From: Anolis carolinensis
Taxonomy: Eukaryota
Reading direction: 5' to 3'
DNA: 64,000 bases
NCBI RefSeq assembly: GCF_035594765.1
Contig: NC_085843.1
Location: 217,473,971 to 217,537,970, forward strand
Of this stretch, positions 26,343 through 36,695 are shown one piece after another; the stretch's first letter is position 1, and each line of letters opens with the position of its first letter. The position numbers and the translations under genes were made by a program. The notes under the pieces were generated by a model. The model ran no database searches. It was given only the letters and a program-made list of their open reading frames with translations, and had not been told where the DNA came from.

Positions 26343-27584
26343 GAATGGACCACCTGAGACAGGTGCCTCCAGCCTAAAGATAGGGCCAACAGTGGTATTG
26401 ACATTCCTGTAATCCTTTTGGTGGTGAGCTGTTTGGGAAAGACTGCTTGAAAGATTTCTTCTTGGCATTGGCAGGCACGCCTTCTCATACATAGCATGTT
26501 TGCCACAGTTGAAGCATGTATATCTCACATTTCTTTCTTTCTTTCCCCTCTGCACATATAGATACTTTTGATATGGGACCTATCTCTCTCCCCACTGTTG
26601 ATGCAATAGTAAATATTTTCCATTCTCATATAATCCTCGCTGTGCACGTCTGGAGGATGAGATCATCCTCATTCATGGGGATGCTGCTAGCGTTTGGACA
26701 GTCAAGGCTTCAGGATCATAATCATTGCAGGGAGCTCAAGTGCGGTGGCAGTGAACTGAAACGGTGCTTCAAAAGCTGGTGAGAGAATGCAAAGAATGAT
26801 CACACATGGTAAATGGGGACTATTGAAGCTGTGTACTGATTTGATAACAGCTGATTACAGACATGCTGAGCAAGTAAGAGTAAGCAGGCATATAGATAAA
26901 GTATACAAGGTTTCGAGCATCAGCTCCACCCTAAACTACAAAGTTCTGTTACAGCTTTCCAGTGCTTTTTCTTGGGACTTCATCATATGTCTCTTCAGCA
27001 GCATTGTAGGATGCTTTTGCCCCAGTTGATCCATGGAGCCCCACACTGCCCATCACACTGTGGGGCTCTGTGGATCAACTAGGGTGAAAGCATCCTACGA
27101 CGCTGCCGAAGAGACGTATGATCATCCTATGATGCCGTGCTCAGAACACGGGAGGCTTCCCGTGTTCCATTAGAAACAATGGGGCCAGTGCAGGGGGGAG
27201 CTGCATGGCAACACTTTCCCAGGTGGTTTGGCAAAGTACTGCTGTGGCTTAGGCTGCCCTGACGATTTGCCATGGAGGATGTGCAATCGCATTAATGTGA
27301 TGAGGTCCGTGCTAGCTATCTGGCTTTCTGCATTTTTTCTCTCATCCATTCTATCTCCTTTTAGTTTTAACAAACTTTCTTTTTCAGCACACATTCAGGC
27401 AGGTGAAATGCATGAAGAGGGTGAGATGCTGTGATTTGGAATATAGCATAGCATTTTGTCCTTATAAAAAGTCAGGTATGGGTGATAGTTGTGCCTTTTT
27501 CTTTTCTTTCTTTTTTGGATTTAGAATTGGAAAATCCCCCAATGCCCCTTCCAAAACACAAAAAGGCACGAGTAAATATTAGTT

Positions 27585-27915
27585 GGAGCCCCTGGTGGCA
27601 CAGTGGGTTAATCTGCTGAGCTCCTGAACTTGCTGACCGAAGGTTGGTGGTTCGAATCCGGGGAGCGGGGTGAACTCCCGCTGTTAGCCCCAGCTTCTGC
27701 CAACCTAGCAGTTTGAAAACATGCACATGTGAGTAGATCAACAGGTACCACTCCGGCAACAAGGTAAAGGCACTCCATGCAGTCATGCCGGCCACATGAC
27801 CTTGGAGGCGTCTACAAACAATGCCGGCTCTTCAGCATAGAAATGGAAATGAGCACCACACCCTAGAGTCAGATATGACTAGACTTAATGTCAAGGGGAA
27901 ACCTTTACCTTTACC
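27585..27915 (+). mobile_element. Sauria SINE
   Basis: GGAGCCCCTGGTGGCACAGTGG...GGTTCGAATCC (A/B boxes), ACCTTTACC tail, TSD TAAATAT(T/G)AGTT. Confidence 0.93.
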
Positions 27916-29530
27916 TAAATATGAGTTATTACATCATAGCCCAATATCCACTGATTATTTAACGCAGTTTGAAGTGGCCAGAACAAAAAGCTTCCCGAGA
28001 ATCGATCAAAAGAAAGCTCTTAATGTACATCAGTGCATCCAGGTCTCAAAGATTATCAATATCAACAATTTCCTGCTACAATTAATTCATTCTGTGGCGC
28101 ACAGATGACATTGTGAGATACCCAACAGTGCCTTTTTATGTTGCTTGACTATTGCTGGTTTTTTAAACAATTACCAAGAAGCGATTCTCAGATTGCCAGA
28201 TGGAACCACTGTGCTTTCTGTTCTCACCTTGGAGGTCTCAGGATATTGGATCATACACATGAGAGGTTTCCAGATAGGAAATAATTTTTTGTCATTAGAG
28301 AAAAGACTTTTATAATTTATTGTTTTGGGCTTGCACACCCATTCTTGAAGAGTCTTGTGCTCATGGATTTCACATATGAGGAGACTGGAAGCAGCACCAA
28401 TTAAAATTTATTTTTGAGCTCTAGCCAATATTTCTAAGAGAGAGCTTTAGTAAAAATGTGACATACACAAAATGCATTATACCCTTGGATGGAAGTTCCA
28501 TTGACACTCATTTGGGATATGGATTTGTTCATATCCCGAACTCATGGCCAGGAAGACCCTTTCTAATATATATGATCTGTAAAAATCTGGATGAAAAAGA
28601 GTCTAATATTTAAAGGACTATATTTTTGGATTGGATAGAAGTGAGTGCTCTGGATAAAAGGCATATCTCCAAATTGAGAATGGCAGGAGCATTGAAATAA
28701 ACCTAAATAAGCTTATAGCAGTTTGTGGTCAGCAGGCATGGATTTATATTACAGGATATTGTGAAAATATTCCCCAAAGTTGTTTAAATGTTTGAAAGGC
28801 AATATAATATTCTCAAGCCATCATTTCAAACCCAGTGTGTAACTTGGGGTTACTTTCCTGCAAAAATACTGCCTACCTTTAGAATGAAAATGTCATGAAT
28901 TTGAACCAATACCTCCACAGGGCCACCCTAAGACATGTTGCTACCTGGTTGGGGTTTATTCTGAGTTTCCTCCTCCCTCACTGCAAAAGCAAAGGGATTA
29001 GTACTAAGGAGATGCTTTTCCCCAATCCATATGTTATTTGGTGCGGTCATACATGATATGCGTTCCTTACATGGGGAACTGGGGCAGTCAGATTGTTTCC
29101 CATGTAAGGGATAGTAATCCCACAGACATATTGTTAATTATTAATATTAATAAATTAATATTATTAATTTAAACAATGGTTGTGAAATATTTCTTTATCT
29201 TTTTTGTATACATTTCTTTTTAGAAATAGCCTCATCCCTGATCATAGCTCATATTGCTAACCACAGAAAAACACAACTAGTTCCTACTACATTGTGTCTA
29301 CTATGCAAAATGTATCCAGCTGCACATTAGGATAATATCTGGGAATCGGGATGTAGCAGCTATCAAGATGAGTTCCTGAATTTTAAAATGTACTGTTTCT
29401 TCACCAAAGTACTACAGACCACTCCCAAGGCCTTAACCTGCTTGTAAAAGTTGTGACATCTGAAACATATTCAGAGAACAGTCCGTGTTGTGTTCTGTTA
29501 GGTATTTTCCTGAATAAACATGCAGGGGAT

Positions 29531-29912
29531 TAGAGTTGTGCTTTTGTATGGAATTGCTGTTCATTTTCTGTAGTTCATTCATTTCCATTTCATTTTCGCA
29601 TTTGTTCCCACTAACAAAAATGGGGCACCTACATGAACAAAAATTTCATCTGGCTTACGAAAAAATTGAAAATTTTTGGACCATTGGCTACAATGGGAGG
29701 GCTTCCGAGGCTCATCCCCCCTTGGTTTTGGGGCTAGAGGGGTGAAAATCACCACACAATGAGGGCATTTCGATCCTTTTAGCCCAGCAACTTTTAAAAC
29801 ATTTGGGTCTTACTCAGAGCACTATTGTTATTAATATTATTATTATTAACACCCATTGGAACACATCAGCTGTCATGGGAAGGCACTCCTCTTCCAGCTT
29901 AGGTCCCAGAGT

Positions 29913-30005
<93 letters not shown>

Positions 30006-30336
30006 TAAGACCCATTGGTACACATCCGATGTGACGGGGAAGCACTCCTCTCCTTAGGAGTCCCAGAATAACTATCTTTATTTATATTAATATTATTATT
30101 AACACCCATTGGTACACATCAGCTGTAATGGGAAAGCAGCCCTCTGTCAGTACCTGCTGATTGTTACAGGGCCAAAATGAAAGGAAAACGAAAGCAAGCA
30201 TGATTACTGTGCAGCTTTCATTTTCGTGTTGCCTCTCGTTTCCTACGAAAATGTTGTCATTCGTTTTGTGTTGACAAACTGTTGAAACAAAACAATAGCA
30301 TGAAGCAAACAAAGGAAAAAATTGCGCACATCTCTA
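29531..30336. mobile_element. hAT non-autonomous element with internal triplicated ~70-bp unit and (CT)n(AT)n
   Basis: TIR TAGAGTTGTGC/GCACATCTCTA; perfect 8-bp TSD CAGGGGAT. Confidence 0.9.
29914..30002. repeat. (CT)n(AT)n compound microsatellite
   Basis: Seen directly. Confidence 0.95.
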
Positions 30337-32096
30337 CAGGGGATTGCACTATGTGTAGGTTCAAGTGACCCACTGCTGTTACTCTCTATATACTACAGGA
30401 CAGCTGCAATGAAGGAGAGCACTCTCTCTCCACCTCAATCTGACAGAGAACTTTATTTTCTTGTACAATTCTGTGATGAAACTTTATAACATCTGTTCTG
30501 CATGATACGAATCATAAGCAGTAAGGCATAACTGCCATATGATCTTAAGTGCAAACAGCTGTCCGCAAAGGAATCTCCAAGGGGGTCCCCAGAAATTGCA
30601 AGCAGGACTTTGCAGCTCCTAGGATTACCATAGCAAATGTTCAAAAATATGCATATGACAGTGTGATATGAAACTAGGGTGCTGTGGAAGAAGGATCATT
30701 CTTTGGGAATGACACTTGCCCAGCCACTATATCATTACATCTCTTCAGTCCTGACCAAAATGGGACAAGCATTGAGTACTTGTCATAACAGGAATGCAAT
30801 GTTCTAAATATCTGGATCATAAAGCAACTTCAGAGCCCTTGGTATGAGGTTGTAAAGGCTGGCAGACTTGAACATCTCACCTGCAGGCAAAATGAGAAAT
30901 CTAAGGGCATCCTTAAATGGCTGAGATGCATCCATGCTATCAGAAATTTAAATTTATTTTACATATTCCATTTCAAAATCACATTGAAATATGGATAAGA
31001 AGGGTGTTGTTATGCTAAGAGATGCTAGGAACAAGAGAGAAATGCCTTTGTCCATGCCCACCTCTTTATCTCCCCACTTATCTCTTCTCTTAAATAAATG
31101 ATTACTTTAGAAAAATAAACTCAATGACAATGAACTTACAAAACATTCTGCAAAACAAATCATCTGGAAAGACGGAGCATGCACCAAAATCTCACAAACA
31201 CCTTTGGCTGTCTCTAGCAAGCAAAGCTTCTCTCTCATCAAAATATAAAAATTAGAGTGATTTAGAAGAGTGCAAATTAGTATTCCCCTTGTTGGGGCAG
31301 TGAAACTACACCAGGGATTAATCCAAGCTCTAAAAGAGCGATCCAATGTACTGAATCTTGGGGACAACTAGATCCAGCACCTTGGACAGCTCCTTGAAAA
31401 CTGTTCAAAGCCTGGGATGGAGTCACGGATCAACCAACATGGAATCACAAGCTGACACTCTTATATTTGGAACAAGGCTGCTTATGAGATTGCTTGGTCT
31501 TGTATTAATCAAGATCTCTAACCACTTTATGCAGTCTGACTGGTTAGAGCCCAGCAACTGAAATACTAAAAGTGGCCATTAGTAGTAAGCCATAGCTGGC
31601 TGTAAACATAAACATAGTTCAATTGTTTACTCCCCCCCTCCCCCCCCCCCCCCCCAAGAAAAGAATACAAATCTTAACCAGGTTCCTGGGCGACCTCACC
31701 CTGAGAGGTCTTCTGAAACGAGAAAGGCAGCCAAAAGCAAAAGTGGTACACTCAGCTCTCAATATCAATTTCTAAAGGCCATTTTTGTGTATTTGTTTAC
31801 TGTATTTTAATTCTGTTTTTACCACACTCTTTTTAAATTGTTTTTTAAATTTTGTGCTGTAGCTTTTAAACTTATTTAGTGTGGAGTGTTAGCTGCCTTG
31901 ACTCCCCATGATACTATACTATTGCAGTATAGTAGTATAGTGCAATATAATAATATATAATACTAATATGTGCAATTAATAATATTGTAATGTAATACAA
32001 TATAATAATACACTATACTAATATATTATAATAATATTGTAATATAATAATACTAATATATTAATTATAATACTAATAATATATAATTATAATACT

Positions 32097-32880
32097 GGGT
32101 TGTTGTGTGTTTTTTGGGATGTGGCCATGTTCCAGAAGCATTCTCTCCTAATGTTTCACCCACATCTATGGTAGGCATCCTCAGAGGTGGTGAGGTACAG
32201 TAGAGTCTCGCTTATCCTTCGCTTATCCAACATTCTGGATTATCCAACACAGTCTGCCTCCTGCCCATATCCACAGCTGGTTCTCTAGACAGCAAGGACT
32301 GAACTTTTTACAGATTTAACTTCTGACAATGTTGTTACTGGAAGTTCATTTCATGCAGTTCTATTGTAGTCAAGTTTTTAGTAGTCAATATTTGTGTAGT
32401 CAATGTTTTCAATACATTGCGATGTTCAGTGCAAAATTCGTCAATATAGTAATTATTACATAACCTTACAGTGTATTGAACTGCTTTTTTCTATCGATTT
32501 GTTGTAAAACATGATGTTTTGGTGCTTAATTTGTAAAATCATAACGTAATTTGATGTTTAATAGGCTTTTACTTTATCCCTCCTTATTATCCAACATCTT
32601 CACTTATCCAACATTTTGCTGGTCCATTGGATAAGTGAGACTCTACTGTATATTGGAAACTAAGCAAGCAAGGTTTATATATTTGTGGAAGGTTCAGGAT
32701 GGGAGAAAGAACTTTTGTCTGTTGGAGGCCGGTGTTAATGTTGTAATTAATCATCTTGATTAGCATTAATGGCCTTGCCAGCTTCAAGGCCTGGCTTCTT
32801 CCTGCCTGGGGGAATTTTTAGTTCTGAGGCGTTGGTTGGCCCTGATTGATTCATGTCTAGAATTGCTCTGTTTGCAGAAA
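32097..32880 (-). mobile_element. Penelope 3' fragment interrupted by a Tc1/mariner MITE
   Basis: Degenerate hammerhead-bearing terminal repeat at 32097-32197. It resumes after 32650 with sequence homologous to 54680-54810 and 43820-43990. Confidence 0.75.
32198..32648. mobile_element. Tc1/mariner MITE
   Basis: TIR CAGTAGAGTCTC(G/A)CTTATCC; TA TSD. Confidence 0.92.
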
Positions 32881-32986
32881 GGTCACCCAGGCACCTTCTA
32901 CACTGCCATATAATCCAGATTATCAAGAAATAATCCACATTATCTACCTTGAACTGGATTATATGAATCTACACTACCATATAATC

Positions 32987-33435
32987 CAGGGGTCCCCAAA
33001 CTAAGGCCCGGGGGCCGGATGTGGCCCTCCAAGGCCATTTACCTGGCCCCCGCCCTCAGTTTTAGACTTAGGCTTGCCCAAAGTCTGAAATGACTTGAAG
33101 GCACAACAACAACAATCCTACTTGATTATCTCATTGGCAAGAAGCAGGCCCACACTTCCCACTGAAATCCTTATAAGTTTACAGTATGTTGGTTAAAATT
33201 ATTTTTATTTTTAAATATTGTATTGTTTTTTCATTTACCAATATTGTAAATGAAATATTGTAAATGAATGATATGGTAATAATATAATATATTGTAATAA
33301 AAATATTGTGTATACATATAATATTGATAATAAATATTATAATGTAATACAATATAACATTTATTTATTTATGTATTTATTACAGTATTTCTACCCCCGC
33401 CCTTCTCACCCAATAGGGGACTCAGGGCGGCTAAT

Positions 33436-33470
<35 letters not shown>

Positions 33471-33862
33471 AATATAATAATATTGTATAATATAATAATA
33501 TTAATTATATATTATATATTAAATGTAATATTACTAATAATATTACGGTATAGTGGTATAGTGAAATATAGTAATATATAATGCTAATATTGTGCTATGC
33601 TAATAATATAATATATTGTATGTACATACAACTTGTAAGCCGCTCTGAGTCCCCTTCGGGGTGAGAGAGGGTGGGGTAGAAATGTAATAAATAAATAAAT
33701 AATTGTTGCTGGGTTTTTGGGGGTTTTTTAGCACTACAAATAAGACATGTGCAGTGAGCATAGGAATTTGCTGTTTTTTTTTCTTTCAAATGATAATTCG
33801 GCCCCTCAACAATCTGAGGGACCATGAACCGGCCCTCCACTTAAAAAGTTTGAGGACCCCTG
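32987..33862. mobile_element. hAT non-autonomous element nested in a Harbinger-like MITE
   Basis: TIR CAGGGGTCCCCAAACT/AGTTTGAGGACCCCTG; perfect TSD ATATAATC; contains L2 tail fragments. Confidence 0.9.
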
Positions 33863-34187
33863 ATATAATCCAATTCAAAACAGATAATCTGGATTTATAT
33901 GGCAGTGTAGAAGGGCCCCCAGTGAAACCTCATGCATTGAATATTGAATGTGGCACTGAATACTGCCAATGTGGAAGCCACTCTGAGTCCACTTAGAGGT
34001 TGAGATAGGTACAAGTCAGGTCTAGTCGTGTCTGACTCTTGGGGTTGGTGCTCATCTCCATTTCTAAGCCAAAGAGCCGGCGTTGTCCGCAGATGCCTCC
34101 AAGGTCATGTGGCTGCCATGACTGCATGGAGCGCTGTTACCTTCCTGCCGAAGCGGCACCTATTGTTGATCTACTCATATTTTGCAT

Positions 34188-34395
34188 GGTGTTGTTGTAT
34201 GTTTTCCGGACTGTATGGCCATGTTCCAAAAGTATTCTCTCCTGACTTTTCGCCCACATACCTCATAACCTCTGAGGATGCCTGCCATAGATGTGGGCGA
34301 AACGTCAGGAGAGAATACTTCTGGAACATTGCCATACAGCCTGGAAAACATACAACAACCCTGTGATCTTGGCTATGAAAGCTTTCGACAACACA
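34188..34395 (+). mobile_element. Fold-back mini-Penelope insertion inside a Sauria SINE
   Basis: 34191-34258 is the reverse complement of about 34291-34358. 3' tail ...GAAAGCTTTCGACAACAC. Host sequence ATTTTGCATG is duplicated on both sides. Confidence 0.8.
34269..34309 (+). ncRNA. Minimal hammerhead ribozyme motif in Penelope terminal repeat
   Basis: CCU-CUGAGGA-U-GCCUGC(CAUAGAU)GUGGGC-GAAA-CG-UC-AGG. All conserved core nucleotides present, with stem II, stem I (CCU/AGG) and palindromic ACGU in place of stem III. Predicted cleavage after C34306. Confidence 0.75.
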
Positions 34396-34597
34396 CATTT
34401 TGCATGTTTTCGAACTGCTAGGTTGGCGGAAACTGGAGCTAACAGCAGGAGCTCACCCTGCTCTCCAGATTCGGACCGCCAATCTTTCGGTCAGCAAGTT
34501 CCGCAGTTCAGCGGTTTAACCCCCTGCGCCACAGAGGGTTTTAGCGGGGATAAGATAGAGCGGGGTAAATGCAATCCAAGAAAGAAAGAAAAAACAG

Positions 34598-34705
34598 AGT
34601 TGTTGTATGTCTTTCGGGCTGTGTGGCCATGTTCCAGAAGTATTCTCTCCTGACGTTTTGCCCACATCTATGGCAGGCATCCTCAGAGGTTGTGAGGTAT
34701 GGAAA
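34598..34705 (-). mobile_element. Penelope terminal-repeat fragment (hammerhead GAAA mutated to AAAA)
   Basis: Reverse complement of the 34259-34360 unit. Confidence 0.8.
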
Positions 34706-34799
34706 AAACAATCCAAGCACTCCTAGCAGAGGCACATCTAGCCTCTGCTTCGAAACTCCACCAAAGCAACCCCTCTCCCCAGGTTTTGGAATAAACAGC

Positions 34800-35500
34800 C
34801 CCGCGCTTTTGCAGAGGCAAGGACCTTTGCAAGCAACAGAACCCGGGAAGGCTCGCGCTGCCTTCCGCGCGCGCCCCATCCTTCTGATAAGAGACGAAAC
34901 CACCGAAGTTCTTTGGGGTTGTGGTCCTTAGAAGTGGGCGGGGCTTGGCCGAAGGGGGCTGACCAATGGCGTACTGAGGAGCGCTGGAAGCGCCACGTGC
35001 AATGGAAAGTCTCCCCCCTCTCTCTCGTTCACTCCCGAGGGAGGGAGGGAGGGGAGAGGGGCAGCTCACTCTGGCAGCCCCCCTCCCTCTCCTTCGCTGG
35101 CCCGCCCGGCTGTCACTCAAGCTGGGGACCTCCCCTCCGTCGCCTCCCCTCAGCTGGCACCAAGCTCCGCGTTTCATTTGCCCATTCGCTTTGCATGGAG
35201 GAGGAGGAGGGGACGCGTCCCGGGCGGCGGCGGAGGCTGAGGGGCCAGCTGGGGACCCGGCTCTCCTGCCGCTGACAGGACGAAGGAAGGGAAGCAAGAA
35301 AGCGCCCCTCGCTTGCCAAATGGATTACCCGCCCCTCTATGTGATGCTCTCCTGCTTGGTCCCTCTCCACTGGTGGCTGGCCCAAGGCAGAGGAGCCCGA
35401 GCCCAAGGTAGGCAGAAGGCGCGCGCTGAAAGAGTGGCTGGACTTTCCTGAGGAGAGGGAATGCGACGCAGGGCTGTCCGAAAGGCCGGGGAGAAGAAGC
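34800..35500 (+). promoter_or_regulatory. CpG-island-type ADAMTS14 promoter/5'UTR
   Basis: The main GC/CpG-rich unique stretch of the window. GC box GGGCGGGG at 34936, CCAAT at 34963, E-box CACGTG at 34994. No TATA box evident. Surrounds exon 1. Confidence 0.75.
35320..35407 (+). CDS. ADAMTS14: ADAMTS14 coding exon 1 (signal peptide MDYPPLYVMLSCLVPLHWWLAQGRGARAQ)
   Basis: ATG at 35320 in a CpG-rich region. Hydrophobic leader resembles human ADAMTS14 'LLSYLLPLH'. Donor G|GTAGGC at 35408 (phase 1) joins exon 2 in frame (G+AG=Glu). Confidence 0.88.
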
Positions 35501-35553
35501 CTCTTTGGATTTAAAGGGGAAGGGGATTGATTTTAGAATGGTTTCATATACAT

Positions 35554-35747
35554 CAGGCATGGGCCAACTTGGGCCCTCCAGGTGTTTTGGACTTCAACTC
35601 CCACCATTCCTAACAACCTCAGGCCCCTTCCTTTTCCTCCTCAGCCGCTTAAGCGGCTGAGGGGGAAAAGGAAAGGGCCTGAGGGTGTTAGGAATGGTGG
35701 GAGTTGAAGTCCAAAACACCTGGAGGGCCCAAGTTGGCCCATGCCTG
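35554..35747. mobile_element. Palindromic hAT MITE in ADAMTS14 intron 1
   Basis: Near-perfect 194-bp palindrome centred on GCTTAAGC; perfect TSD ATATACAT. Confidence 0.93.
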
Positions 35748-35774
35748 ATATACATCTTGATACACATATTGAAT

Positions 35775-36695
35775 CCCTGCAGTTTTGACACCCCTCGAGT
35801 TGCCACTGCCCAGTGCTATGGGACCCTGGGAGTTGTAGTTTGACAAGGTCTTCAAACTTCCCTGCCAAAGAATTCTGTTGCCTCACTAAAGTAGAACTCA
35901 CAGGATTTTATGGAATTAATGCCATTTGATGCCACCCAAACGGTCATGGCTCAACACTGTGGGACACTGGGAGTTATAGTTTGACAAAGACTTCAGCTTT
36001 CTCTGACCAAGAGTGCTGGTGCTTCTCCAAAGTAGAACTCCCAGGATTTCATGGGCATATCTATAGAGTGAATGCAGTTTGGCACCACTCAAACTGCCAC
36101 TGCTCAATGCTATGGGATCCTGGGAGTTGTAGTTTGACAAAGACTTCAGCTTTCTCTGACCAAGAGTGCTCGTGCTTCTCCAAAGTAGAACTCCCAGGAT
36201 TTCATGGGCATAGCTATAGAGTGAATGCATTGCTCAGTGCTAGGGAACCCTGGGAGTTATAGTTTGACAAGGTCTTCAGCTTTCTCTGCCTAAGAGTGCT
36301 GGTGTCTCACCAAAGGATTTCATGGGCACATCCTCTGAATGAAAGCCATTTCACACCACCCAAATCACCCATGGCTCTATGCTATAGCATCCTGGGAGTT
36401 GTAATTTGACAAGGTCTTCAGCTCTCCCTGCCAGAGGGTGCTGGTGCCTCACCAAAGTATAACTCCCAGGATTTTATGGAACGGATGCCATTTGACACCA
36501 CCCAAATGGCCATGGGCTCAGTGCTATGGGATCCTGGGAGCTGTAGTTTGATGATGTGCTAGCACTCTTTGGCAGAGAAAGCTAAAGACCCTAAGAAACT
36601 AGTACGCTTTGGCAGAGAAGGCATAGACCCATGATTTCATAGCATTGAGAGGCGGGAGTTCAAGTGGTGCCAAACTACATAACTTCTATAGCGTA
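35775..36695. repeat. Tandem array of about six ~140-bp MITE-derived units
   Basis: GGGAG(T/C)T(G/A)TA(G/A)TTTGA recurs at 35828, 35969, 36122, 36252, 36394 and 36536. Confidence 0.88.

Larger units (their letters stand above)
34014..34540 (-). mobile_element. Sauria SINE interrupted by mini-Penelope
   Basis: Same consensus as the 2184 copy, split at 34188-34395. Confidence 0.9.

Noticed and set aside
27585-27670. tRNA gene
   Set aside because: A/B boxes belong to the Sauria SINE head and continue into SINE body and tail.
32140-32190. Active hammerhead on the minus strand
   Set aside because: Cleavage-site region mutated (GAAACATTAGG rather than GAAACGTCAGG); the copy near 34650 likewise has GAAA changed to AAAA.
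1-34000. Exons of an upstream neighbour gene
   Set aside because: No ORF with recognisable host-protein similarity; very short or UTR exons cannot be excluded by eye.
35004-35448. NF-kB-like sites (GGAAAGTCTCCC at 35004, TGGACTTTCC at 35439)
   Set aside because: Imperfect short matches with no supporting evidence.
34541-35560. Several long overlapping ORFs on both strands
   Set aside because: Expected from GC-rich promoter DNA; only 35320-35407 is supported by homology and splice phase.
35775-36695. CRISPR-like repeat/spacer appearance
   Set aside because: Whole units are homologous with no unique spacers, the context is a eukaryotic intron, no cas genes are present, and the unit matches a MITE at 16222.
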